Part shown: one piece after another, positions 40,939-53,123 of the stretch
Numbering within the stretch: the stretch's first letter is position 1
Layout: the number at the start of each line of letters is the position of its first letter
Assembly (NCBI GenBank): GCA_000165425.1
Contig: CT868540.1
Coordinates: 310,001 to 374,000 of the forward strand
Direction of reading: 5' to 3'
Length of the DNA: 64,000 bases
Source: Paramecium tetraurelia
Lineage: Eukaryota
The notes under the pieces: model-generated
The model's database searches: none
What the model saw: only the letters and a program-made list of their open reading frames with translations
Told to the model about the DNA's origin: nothing
Program-made: the position numbers and the translations under genes

Positions 40939-43900
40939 ATGAAGTATTCCAAATAATAATATTAGGAAACCTATACAAATACAAATAGATAGCTAAATTT
41001 TGATGATATCCCTGTCTCAAATACTAACAACAACGAATTCCAAGATTACAATCTTTAATAAAATGAATATTTTAATCAACAAAAGAATAATAATCAAGAT
41101 TAAAAACCAAGAGGTTCGTAAAAATAGGTTGAAAGAGGATATTATAATCAATTTGATGATGATTAAAATTCAATCAGACAATCCTCACATAATTTTGAGA
41201 ATGAAGATTACAATAGACATTAATCAAGGTAATTTATGAATTCAAACATCAATTAAAAATAATCCAATAATAATAATGATCAAACTAATAATAAATATAA
41301 TAATCAAAGAAATTAAAATAATGAAAATAATTATTAAAAAAATATAAATAGAAGTCAATATAATAATGAAGACAATTAATATCGAAAGCAGTCTAATCCT
41401 TTTGATGAAATGCCGATCAAGCCAATGCAATAGAATCAATTTGAAGATAATATGATTAATCATAAATAGCTCGAAGATATTTCCAACACAATTAAAAATG
41501 AAGATTATAATAGAAAAAATTCTGAAATTTTCTAAGAAATATAAAGAAAGAATAGTTAAATGGAAGAATAACCAAAAAAAAAGTTGAATTATTAAAATTC
41601 GTATGATGCTTTTGATGAAATGCCAATTAAACCTACAAAAATTAATGTTTTTGATGAAATGCCTATCAAACCAACTAAATAAAATACCTTTGATGAAATT
41701 CCAATAAGACCTGCTAAACAAGGTACCTTAGAGGAAATTCCCATAAGACCTGCTAAATAAAATTCCTTTGATGATATTCCTATAAGACCTGCCAAATAAA
41801 ATTCATTTGATGATATTCCTATTAAACCTACAAAATAAAATGTTTTCGAAGAAATACCAATCAAAACTGCTAAATAGAATGCTTTTGATGATATTGCAAT
41901 AAAACCTACAAAAAAAAATTCATTCGATGAAATTCCAATTAAATCCAATTATCAGAATTAAATAGAAGATTAAACTAATGGATACTCTAAATAAAATAAT
42001 TAAGTGAATGAAAGAGCTAAATAAAATTAAAATGCAAAACAATAACCTAAATACTAAGTTGAGGATAATCAAATGAAAACCTATAAAAATTATGAAGAAA
42101 TATCAATAAAATCCACAAAGCATTAAAATTTGGACACATTACCTGAAAGAAATCCTTTTCAAAGACAGTAAAATGAAAATTTAGAATAAAATCATGAAGG
42201 TTAAGTAAATGTTAAGAAAAAGCCTTTTTTGAAAAAAGGTACAAGATAATTTTTATCAAATGCATAATAAAGATCGGACATAGCAAAAAAGGAACATGAA
42301 GATATTATGAAAGAAAATAATGCAATTGGTAATCCAATTATGCAGAACTAAAATTTTTAGGCTAAACCATAAAAATCATCTATTCCTTCAAGATTTGAAA
42401 AATAAGAGTAGAGAGAAGTGTAAAATAAAACAAAGCGATCAGAAACACCTAAAGAATAGCCTAAGCCAAAGTCATAAAATTAACAATAAAAGTAAAAAGA
42501 ACATTAAAAATAGTAAGAAAGTTAATACTCACCTCATCTTTCAAGTAAAGAGTATTAGTTTGATAATAATGAAGATTGGAATAAGGAGTAAACTACTTAA
42601 AATTAAAAAATCACTTCTTCTTATTTTGGTTTAAAAAAAGAGGTTAAAGTTGAGAAATCAAATCATTCTGAAAGTGAAGAGGATAGTACAAAAAATTAAG
42701 TTTAAGATAAAATAAGTAATCTTAATATGGAAATAGCTAAATTTAAAAGTGAAAATGATAAATTAAAGAAAACATAAGGAAAATATGAAGAGTTATTAAA
42801 GTAATTATAAAGGGAAAGAGATGAATGGGAAAAGTAAAAAGAAAATGAGAAATTGTAATTGGATGAATGGAAAGAAGAAGAGAAAAAGAAAATGTTGAGA
42901 GAAAAAAGAGTGTTTGAAAGATAAGCAAAGTCTAATTAAAGCATTCCCAATAGAAAGGAAAAGGAAGAGATAGAATAACTTAAATAACAAGTTTAGAAAT
43001 TGTAGGAAGAGTAAAAACTTAAAGATTAAAAAAATAAATTGGCTTATGATAGAATTAGGAAATAATATGAAGAAGTAAATCAAAAGAATCAAGACTTATA
43101 ATCAGAACTAAAAGCATTAGAATTAAGACTTTTAGAATAAAAGAAACCCTCTTATGTGTAATCTTAAACTTCAATTTAACCAAATAAATAATAATAGATA
43201 CAAATTAAATAAAATTAATCAGTCATATCATAAAAATAAGAAGTTCCTCCTTAAAAATTAAGAAATCAAAGTCCTCAAAGTGTTCCTGATGATTAATCAT
43301 TTAAAGAAAAAAAATCAATATAGGATAGGAAGAATTATTATTTAGATGAAGATGAAGATGATTTTGAAAATGAAAATGAAAATGAGAATGATGATTACTA
43401 AAAAAACGATGAGGAAGAAGATGATGATGATAATTAAAGTGATGCATTATCTGAGAAGTATGAAGATATAATGGAGAAATCAATGACTTAAAAATCTAAA
43501 ACTAATATTTCAAATTAATAAAAATAAAAAAAATACGATTTAGTAAGTATGCAAGATCAAGACATACCATTTACGATAAAAAACATAAATAATTTAATTA
43601 GTGAATAAGAATTCATATATGATTAGAATCGCTTTTATTTAATGTATAAGAGAAATAAGGAGTTGCCATCTAAAATAGTTAATTAGAATGTAGGTTCTGA
43701 TGGGAAGGTTTCTAGATAGTATGCAAACGGAAAAAAAGAAGTAGTTTTTCATAATGGAGTCAAAAGAGAAGTGTTCCCTGATGGATATGTAATCGTTCAT
43801 TTTACTAATAAAGATGTAAAATAGACTCTACCAAATGGAACAATAATTTATTTTTTTGCAGATGCCCATACAACTCAAATAACTGTACACAGTGGTCCAA

Positions 43901-44163
43901 ATGTAAGATATTTGTCTTATTATTAGATTTATAGATTTTCGAATTAATAGATTGAAATCCATTTTGCAGATGGTAGAAAGGAGATTAGGTTTGGAGATGG
44001 CACTGAAAAGTATATCTCAACAAATGGCGAAGAATAAACCTTTTTCAGTGATGGCATTATCCAAAGGATAGATAGCAAGAAAATAAAATAAATAGAATAT
44101 CCAAATGGAAATATTGATATAATATATCCTGATGGACAAAAACAAAGATAAATTAAAAAATGA
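40939..44163 (+). CDS. SAS4: Centriole/basal-body assembly protein SAS-4/CPAP (CENPJ) with C-terminal TCP10 (G-box) domain
   Basis: C-terminal DGKVSRQYANGKKEVVFHNGVKREVFPDGYVIVHFTNKDVKQTLPNGTIIYFFADAHTTQ...DGRKEIRFGDGT; central coiled coil; SAC-like KKPFLKKGTRQFLSNA; alternative in-frame ATGs at 40879 and 40915. Confidence 0.88.
41605..41955 (+). repeat. Nine tandem 39-nt (13-aa) coding repeats, consensus NxFD(E/D)IPI(K/R)PxKQ
   Basis: Read directly: DAFDEMPIKPTKI NVFDEMPIKPTKQ NTFDEIPIRPAKQ GTLEEIPIRPAKQ NSFDDIPIRPAKQ NSFDDIPIKPTKQ NVFEEIPIKTAKQ NAFDDIAIKPTKK NSFDEIPIKSNYQ. Confidence 0.95.
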
Positions 44164-44274
44164 TTTATATATATATCTATCTATTAATTAATGCAATTGT
44201 AATAGAAAGGAAATTGATTACATTAATAATAATATTAATATTGATTATTCAAATCATTTAAATTATAATTTCTT

Positions 44275-46511
44275 TCATTTTTTTTTTGGAACTTAGAGCT
44301 ATATCGGTAATGGAATTTTAATCTGCTATCTCAAGGCATTAAGTTCAATAAATTAAGGGTGGACTTACATCTATTTGGGAGCCAGAAACTTTTAAAATGG
44401 TAAGGTTTTGCACCATCCTCTGGGTAAAAATTAATTATGAACAATTTCTATTTGGATTAAATATGTAAACTTACTTTCTTGCTATTCATACTTTTATTAA
44501 TCATGGCAATCTAATTCTACAACACTTAGTTTTCTAGTAGAAGTGTTACTCCTTTTTCCTAAAATAGCAAAATATTGTATTAATACATACTTGGAGGTTC
44601 AACAATCTTTGGATCTTAAGAAATAACACTAGTTTTTCTAATATAACCATAGGCTTAGGAATGATTTTACTGCTGTTGTTATTGCTCTATGTTTTAATTC
44701 AAGATATTGTGAAGGCTGGGAGTAGTGCCACCATTGTGACTACTTAGTCTGTGAACAGGGGATTAGTTAGATGGAAGTGGTTTTAACACATTCAATTATG
44801 AGGCAGTATTCAGAAATGGTATGGATTACTAAGGCTAGATGAGATGTGGTTGAGATTGTTGTTATTATTAAAATTAAGTGAGAGAAGCCAACTAAATTTT
44901 CTTAGGAGATTCAAATTGTTTGTTCTCTACAAGAGTATTCATCAGTTATTTTGGATTATTGGCTGTTGTGGATCTAGATCTCTATTGTAGGTCAACTGAA
45001 CTGTTGTTCTATTTTTTTGTATTAATAAATTAAACAATCTTTTTGGTCTTCTTCTTATTTTGATTGCTTCTTTTGATAATAATAAGTTTGCCACTATTTG
45101 ATTCAGCACACTCCTATGCATCCTAAATACTTTATTAAGAAACAGAACGCTAAGAGCCTTCGGTTTACTGATGGTTGTTATTGGAATTGTATTAATTGAG
45201 TATATTTTCATCTGCAATTTAGCTATTATTAGGTTAGTCAAGGTATGAGTCATGCTAATTTCGAGATGGATCAATCAATCGTTTTAAAATACTTTAATAT
45301 TTTGGAGTTTCAACTCTATGGTTGTGATTATGTTGTCTTGATTTAATTTATGCATGCTCTGCCATCATTTCCTTAACATATGACTTATCTAGTAAACTTT
45401 ATTATTATTATTACTATTAATGAACCTATGAAATTTTGTTACACTAAAGTAATAGAAGAAAATATTTACTTGTTCTAAATAAGATGAATCAATCTTCTTG
45501 GTATTGACACATCTCCAATAGTCCTTTGACATCATCCTAATTACCATCAAAGCCTTAATGATTCTTGTTACACGTTCTCTCATCGAGAAGGACTTATACA
45601 TCTCAGGCAAGGAGAGTGGGATAGGATCATTGACCTTTCCAGTAATCCATGGATGATGTAAGATCTGATGCGCATTATATCTATGCATAGGGTCCTCAGC
45701 AACACATTTCAAGAACAGGTTCTTGGCCAATTAATCAAAACCATCAGGGAAATTCCATTGTGGGTTTTGTATATGATCGTACAATTTTTCTCTATATTCC
45801 TCAGCTGTTTATCCTTAGACATACAATGGATGCTTCCCATTAGTGCAGACCATGTACAATATGATTCCACAACTCCAAATATCAACTGGCTAGTCTATCG
45901 ATTAATATATTTACTTTAGAGTAATGCTTGCTAGTGAAGAATTCTGGAGCCATGTAGATGAGAGTGCCACATTGGCCGCTGATGAGAAGCTGAGATCGAG
46001 TTGACAATCCAAAATCTACTATTTTCAAAGTGGTCATATCGTTAGGGTCTTCAAGTAAAAGGTTCTCTAGTATACATACAATCCTCACCTCAGGTTTAAT
46101 GTCTCGATGGACTACTCCTCTTTCATGGATGAATGCAACTGTCTTGAACAAGGTTTGCATAAATTGTCTTTTCTTTTCGTAACTCAATTCAATTTTGTCT
46201 GTAAATAATCTTTTCAATTGTCCGTACTTGACCAAAGCCATTTCGATCAATAATCTTGTATCGGTCTCATGTACTCTCTTAAATTAAACAATATTTGGGT
46301 GCTTCATCTGACTCAAAATGCTTGCTTCAGCTAGTATTTCCGAATAGCTTCTTCTACATTCTCTCTTGGGTACTAGTTTAACAGCTACGCTTTCTCCTTT
46401 GATGTTCTTTGCCTAAACTACCTTACCAAATCCGCCTGAGCCTAGAAATTCTTCGAATTCGTAGAAGTCACTAAATTTATTTGCAACATCTCCAGAATCA
46501 AGATCATTCAT
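44275..46511 (-). CDS. CAMK-group Ser/Thr protein kinase with long disordered C-terminus
   Basis: LGSGGFGKV, VAVK, VVHRDIKPENLLL, IVDFGLS, CGTLIYMAPE, VDIWSCG; several tiny introns. Confidence 0.92.
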
Positions 46512-46538
46512 TTAGAAATAATTATATATTAAAAAATT

Positions 46539-48338
46539 TCATTAATCAGTTCCTTTCTGAATCTCACATTATAATTCAATCTTTTACTGTCAGCAATCAC
46601 TGCACTATACAATAATTTTCGTTTTTATTTTTAATATTCTCTTGTTATTTTTTCGAATAATCTTTCCTTAGTGTTATTTTGATCTTCTTATAAGATAAAA
46701 TTTTAGAAATTATTGATGTTTATAATTTTAAATGGATTACTATATAAAAGAGAGACAGCATCTGAAAAAAGATAATTTAAATTATCGTCAGTAGTCTCCA
46801 ATAAAGTAATGTGGTTCAATACAGGATTGAAAATCGAAGTTGTGATTTGATAATTAAAGGTATATAAATCCAAAACATTTACTATTTTATTGTTTCTTAT
46901 ATTTAATTCCAAAACGTTCAAATTTGTTAACTATTACAGAGATCGATATATTTTATTTAACAAAATATCATTTATCACCAATCTATCATTTTATAAATCT
47001 AGCTGAAATTGATAATAAAATATACTTGTAATTAAATTAATTTTTGTAATTCACTTATTTAATTAAATACAAAATAATAGCTTACAGGTTTCAACATCAT
47101 TTGATTTTATACAATCAATTAGAGCTATTTCATTTCCTTAAAATCAACTATAGTTTTTAATAGAATGTCGAAATTAAGCTCATCACATTAGATTTTATCA
47201 AAATTTAAATTCATTTTTTTTAAAGACTTCCTCAATTACCATTCCTTAGACAAAAACTCAAACAATTTACCAAAATTACTAAACTGTTAATCCTTAGTCT
47301 CCACAGTCTCTATAAATTGTAATTACACAGTGGAAGGATCAATCTTCCAAGATAGATTTATTGACATTAATTAATCCTTATCCTTATAGATCTCTAAATA
47401 TTATTAATTTTATTTACTTGTCATTACTCTCATCTGTTTGTAATTATCAGTTGTTCTATCGCAAGTTGGGTTATTTTGAATAATAAATTCTTATGTGTTT
47501 AATCCCCTTATCTTTTCCATAAACAAATTCAATAGAAAACTTTATTTCCATTAGATCTTCTCTAAATCTACATCAGTACCAAATAGACGTAGATTATTTA
47601 ATGTTATACTAAGTTAAGAATTTACCACTTTGCTGTATGCTTCATTATTTGCGTATACGAATCTGCTGTCAAGAATTTTAAGGTTGGGAAAGTTCTCAGC
47701 ATTCTATCCCAAATCATTCAAGTTATTTATTTTATTACACCATTGTATGATGAAGGTTTCTAAATATGGCCATTATAATTTGGAGATGTAAAATATGCCC
47801 TAATTATCAATTTTAGTGTGACTCAAATCTAAATACTTGATTATTTGATTCCCTTGAAATAAATACTCCAAGGAACTAGAAGTCATTGATTAGCAATTTA
47901 AAGTTAAGATTGTTAGTTTTTTAAAACAATTTGATAAACCTCCCTTTTTCAGAAACATTTCAAATTTAGAATCAGTGATATCGATACTGACCAACTTTAA
48001 TTCTACAAGTCCACTTAGATCGAACTTAATTAAATTCTTAATAATTTTTGGATGAGGATTCTTAATATTTTCCAAAGCTATTTTTTTCAAATTTTTGTTA
48101 TTGTATCTCAACGATTATTTGAAATCCTTATAATCCATGATGTTTGAATAAAAGATATCATTCTAAGAATTTTATAATAAATTACTAAATTATGCAATGA
48201 TTTTGTGTTTTGGATACCTTAGTCATTTTGATTCTTCACACTATATTTCATCTACTTTTCCTCCTCTTCTTTTTATGCTTACCCTGATAGGATTGAGTCA
48301 AATAAGCTTAATTATTTTGTTTATGTTGTTCTTCTCAT
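46539..48338 (-). CDS. Leucine-rich repeat protein (RNI-like)
   Basis: LVELKLVSIDITD, LTILTLNCQSMT, IKYLDLSHTKIDN, LETFIIQWCNKIN, LNVLELNIRNNKI. Confidence 0.72.
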
Positions 48339-48497
48339 TTTATAATAAATTTTGAAAAATTAATAACACTTTTATATAGATCAGGCTAACATAAATTACA
48401 TAATCTTAAGATTTATGAAATAATACATTTTCACACTCCTAAATGATATTATAGTAATTTTTAATAATTCAATTGAAATTTATAAAGGACTTCGAAA

Positions 48498-49333
48498 ATG
48501 ATTTCGTTGAGCAGCCTTCAAAATTCCAATCAAATGTTATCTATATTGATCTTAGATAAGATGGAAGAATTCTAAATCAATTCCATGTTCACTCCCCAAT
48601 AGTTAGGGGTTTAGTTTTGCACACAATTTGGTTTAAATTTAACAAATCTACACTTAGTTACTGAGAATCTAATAAGATTTATATAGTCAGCCTCAGTGTT
48701 GCCTCAATATAGTAATATAGCTTAATGTTATGAAAAGTATTTTAATGTAAGACAGAAGATTACTCCATTTAAATCTTCATATTAATTAAGTGAGTTTTTA
48801 GTTGAAAACAAAATTAAATTTGAGAAATCTCATTCTTAAAATAATTTGCATTCAGTGCAAAAAGAAAATCTATAATAGTTCTAGAGAAACTAGTTCATAA
48901 ATTAGCAACCCTTCAAGCAAATTGCCGATAATTGTTAAACTTTCAGGGAGAAGAACAGATTTGAGAATCTATACTTGAAAGGTAAGATAAAGTAAATGGA
49001 GAGAAATAAAAGCAGATAAAAGCATATAGATAAGTTGGATGTTTTAGATGAAAACTGCACGTTTAGACCCAACACAAGAGTTTTGCAAAAGCAGAATCAG
49101 CAATCTTTATAGATAAAATAGGAGAAATATTATTAGCAAATATTTGACTGTTTAGATAATGATAAGGATGGTGTGATTTCAAAAAATTGTATTGATATTA
49201 GCAAACTCAATGTGAATGATGTGAAGTATTAAATTATGATATTCTTAGCAATATTTTGGGGGTGTTGTTGAAAATTGAGAATGAGAGTTTGGAATTAAAT
49301 TATAATTAATTTATATAATTAATATTCTTATGA
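48498..49333 (+). CDS. Hypothetical protein with CTFRP motif and C-terminal EF-hand-like domain
   Basis: RFENLY..DENCTFRPN; IFDCLDNDKDGVISKNCIDI; one 23-nt intron; TGA 49331-49333. Confidence 0.7.
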
Positions 49334-52300
49334 CAACGTAAATAAAAAAGCTTTCGAAACTAGATCATACTGTGCCCATCTACTCACCTCGTTCAACATA
49401 TAAATAGATTTTACACACCGACGAAACTTTATTAGCTGATCTAACTCTTAATTTTGATCCCTTCACAATTAATGTTTTGAGAACCGAGTTTCTAATGAGA
49501 CAAGGATCTATGGAAGTGACAGAATTCATTTTGGTTGTGAAAGAGCATTTGTTAAGTTGGCAATTAGAAATCTCCAACAGAGATATAAAATTGATTAGGT
49601 ATTGATTTAATCTAATAAGATAACTGGTGAATCTGTTTGAGGAGATCGATTTGAATGGTAATGGGAAATTGGAATGGGAGGAATTCACAAACTATATTAT
49701 TGAAAAAGCAACTGTATTAAATAATATTAAGTCTAAATAAGATGAGATCAAACTCTATACTAAATCTAATATGAAACCATTCAAGAAATTCACTCAAATC
49801 ATCACTCGAGTAATATACATCAAGGAGATTGATAAAATAGCATTCTTTGAAGAAGGAAGTGATGAAATCTAATTTATGACTCCCGACGGAGGGTATGGAT
49901 TGAAACCTTTAAAAATTGTTCCTATTAGCGATAAGGTTGTGACGACTCAAGCAAAAAAGGATAAGGATAAACAAAATGTATCTAAATCTTATTATAAACT
50001 AGTTTATTATTGTGAAGAAAGAAGACACCATTGAGAAGAAGACTAAAATCTTGACCATGCTCTACATCGATGATCCCAAGTATCAAGTGCTGTTGACATC
50101 CACTCATGACGGTTATGTAAGAGGGTGGAGATATTAATCCTCTGGATTCGTATTAGCCAACTAACCTGATAACGATGAGGAGATGATTGAACATCATTTT
50201 AATAATGACATTTATAGTATGACTTGGGATGGAATAAATGAAATTTTGTATTGTGGTCAAAAGGAAGGATAAATTAATATCTGGAACTTAAAAACAGATA
50301 CAGAAACTTAATTGTAAAGTGAAGGAGGTCATACTGATGTAGTAATGGACATGATCGCAATGCCAAAATTATAATTTATGGCATCAGCTAGTTTGGATGG
50401 TAATTTAATTTTGTGGAATACTCTCTATAATAAAAGAGAGAGAACATATAAGGAACATACAAGAGGAATAGTATCATTAGCTTTTAATGAAAGTTTGATC
50501 TTACTATTTTCTGCAGGATTCGACCATAATTTATGCGTTTGGAATCCATATATAGAAAGCTTGATTTTTAAAATATAAGGACACAGTAGTCCAGTGATTG
50601 GAGTTGTGGTTATTGAAGGTACATCATAGATAGTATCTTTGGATTAAGAAGGTAGTGTAAAGGTTTGGGATACGAAGAAATTTAATTGTGTTTAACAATT
50701 TAGTGTGGAGACACAAGATGAAAAACATAAATTCAACCCTTCCAGCTTATGCTACATCCCAAAACCATTAAAGCTGATCTTTGGAGGCAGATCGATTTAT
50801 TCCTATGAATATGATAAGAATTATAATCCCAATTCAGTAGATGATTATGTTGCAGTGTGTTGTAAATTCATAGAAAATCAAATGGCATTTTTCACACCTG
50901 CAGGAACTAAAATAAAGATTTGGAATGCTTTAACTGGAGATGTAAAGAAAATATATAGTGATATTACAACAACAGAAATCACGGCTTTTAAATTGGATAA
51001 TCTAGATAAACGATTTATAATAGGAGACAGTAGTGGAACAGTAGCATTATTTAATGTAATTAATGGAGCAAAGATCAAGAATCTACCTAAACACTCTGGT
51101 GAAGTTGTTGCTATAGTTCATGCATCAGACATTGGAGCATTCTTTACAGGATCAATGGATAATAATGTGTTTATGACTTTAGATAATGAATTTGGAGAAA
51201 GTGAATTGTTACGTACTTTTATAATCTAAGATGGTTAATTAACTTACTTGAGTTATGATCCAGCAATGAAACATTTATTGGCAGGCACTAATTCTGGTTA
51301 AATTAGATTTTATGAAACTGATACAAACAAATTGCATGGTGTTGCTAATGAATTCAAATAAGGCGAAGAAATTACCTCTATCAATTTAATCAAAGGAATT
51401 CCTTTTCTATTTGTTACCAATAGTTAAGGAAGAGTTTCAATCATGTCCATGCCTCCAGTATTGCATAGATTTGTCAAAGTTTATACTTTTACCAATATAG
51501 ATCCAGAAATTCCTAGTCAATTATTAGGGATCTCAAATGCAGTGTTCAGTTAAGAAAAAAAGGTTCTCTTTCTTAGTGATGATAAAGGATTTATTAAATG
51601 TTTCGAAGTTGATTGGCTAGTAGATTTTTTGATTAATGTTGTCAATGAAAAAGATAAGGAAGATGCTGCCACCAAAAGAATGAAGGGAATTAAAACTGGA
51701 TCCACTTAAAATGCAAGACAAATGCTAGCATTACCTAAAGTACCTTAAAAAGAAGTTAAAATGAAATGGATTACAAGGGCACATTATGAAGTAATTAAAT
51801 CCTTAGAGTATGTTGAAAAAGAAAACTTTCTTATCACAACTGCTTTCGATAAGAAAGTCAAATTATGGGATGCTGAAACTGGTAAATTTATTGATTCATT
51901 TCAACAAAATTATGATCGGAAAGAGCCAAGACCCATTGCTTTAAAAAGAAGCGGAACTGAAGAAATTTATAATACTGATTTGAATGAGAGAGTGGATCTG
52001 AAATATACACAATTAATACAATAATTATTATCAGAAGAACAGAATGGATAATTGCCTTAAATATAGGTTTTAGAGGATAAGATTTCTGATCCTCTCGGCT
52101 TAACCAAATCTCCCCAGGAAGAATTCAATCCATTTTATTACTTAGAAAAAATAGATCAATCCAAATTGACTACGATAAAGAGCAATCCAGAATGGAAATT
52201 AGAAATAGGATTCAAAGAATATTATGAAAAATATGAATAAAAAATTAAGACGTTGTTTGATTAAGTCAAAATCAAAGAGAAGGAAGTACATGAGAAATAA

Positions 52301-52952
52301 GTTAAATAGGGAATCCATAATCGACATTTTAAAGTGCAAAACTATTCAACTGATGATGCCAAGTAATTTGATTCCAATCATAAACCAATACTGAAGGAAG
52401 ATGAGGGAAACAATAATCATCAACAATAGGCTTCTTTACAATTCAATCAAAAATTAAAACCAGAATAAGTTCTCTAAAAACACAAAGTTCAATAAAAAGA
52501 TCAACATCAAATTACGTAAGGAGGAAATCAATAAATTAATTTTGATAGTATTACAAATCAAGGTGAAATTGTTAAAGAATTGAAACAGTAATAATAAGAT
52601 TTATAAGAAAATTTAAAACATGGAATCAAAGTCAGTATTTCAACTCCTTAAATTAAATCTATTTAAGTTCCATCATTGGGCAAAGCTGCTACATCCAAAA
52701 AGAATAAAAAAGTGGATCCTCAATTGTTTGAGAAGTTGTATAGATAAAACCTAAAAAGCAAAGTACTCTTTAATTCCGATCCTGAAGTTTTCTTATCTGA
52801 AGTATATACATATATTTATATCAAAGGCTGAATGTAATGCTGCGTATAAGTTGGCTGCTGCATTGGCTAATTATGATATCACCGATGAACGCTCATTGAA
52901 GTTTGCAGAGATTAAATGTAGATCTAAAATCAAATTACCAAGATTATAATGA
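49330..52952 (+). CDS. EF-hand + WD40-repeat protein (WDR49/WDR64/EFCAB8-like)
   Basis: LFEEIDLNGNGKLEWEEFTNYII; WD repeats GHTDVV..ASASLDGNLILWN, HTRGIVSL..SAGFDHNLCVWN, GHSSPV..VKVWD, AHYEVIKSL..TTAFDKKVKLWD. Confidence 0.88.
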
Positions 52953-53123
52953 CAAAATATCAATTTATATAATATTTTACCTCAGATGTTATAATGCATT
53001 CTGAAATATAGTTAGATTTGGTTTTTGAAAGTTTAATCCTACTTTAATTTCGAAGTCTATTATCATAATCAATTCAATGATTTTTTAAATCAAATAATCA
53101 TTTAATTTAAGTGATCATGAAAA

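Noticed and set aside
41242..41948. Minus-strand repeat ORFs (GLIGISSK)n; possible CRISPR-like or membrane-protein repeat
   Set aside because: Antisense of the SAS-4 FDEIPIK array; units are contiguous with codon-position variation and no unique spacers
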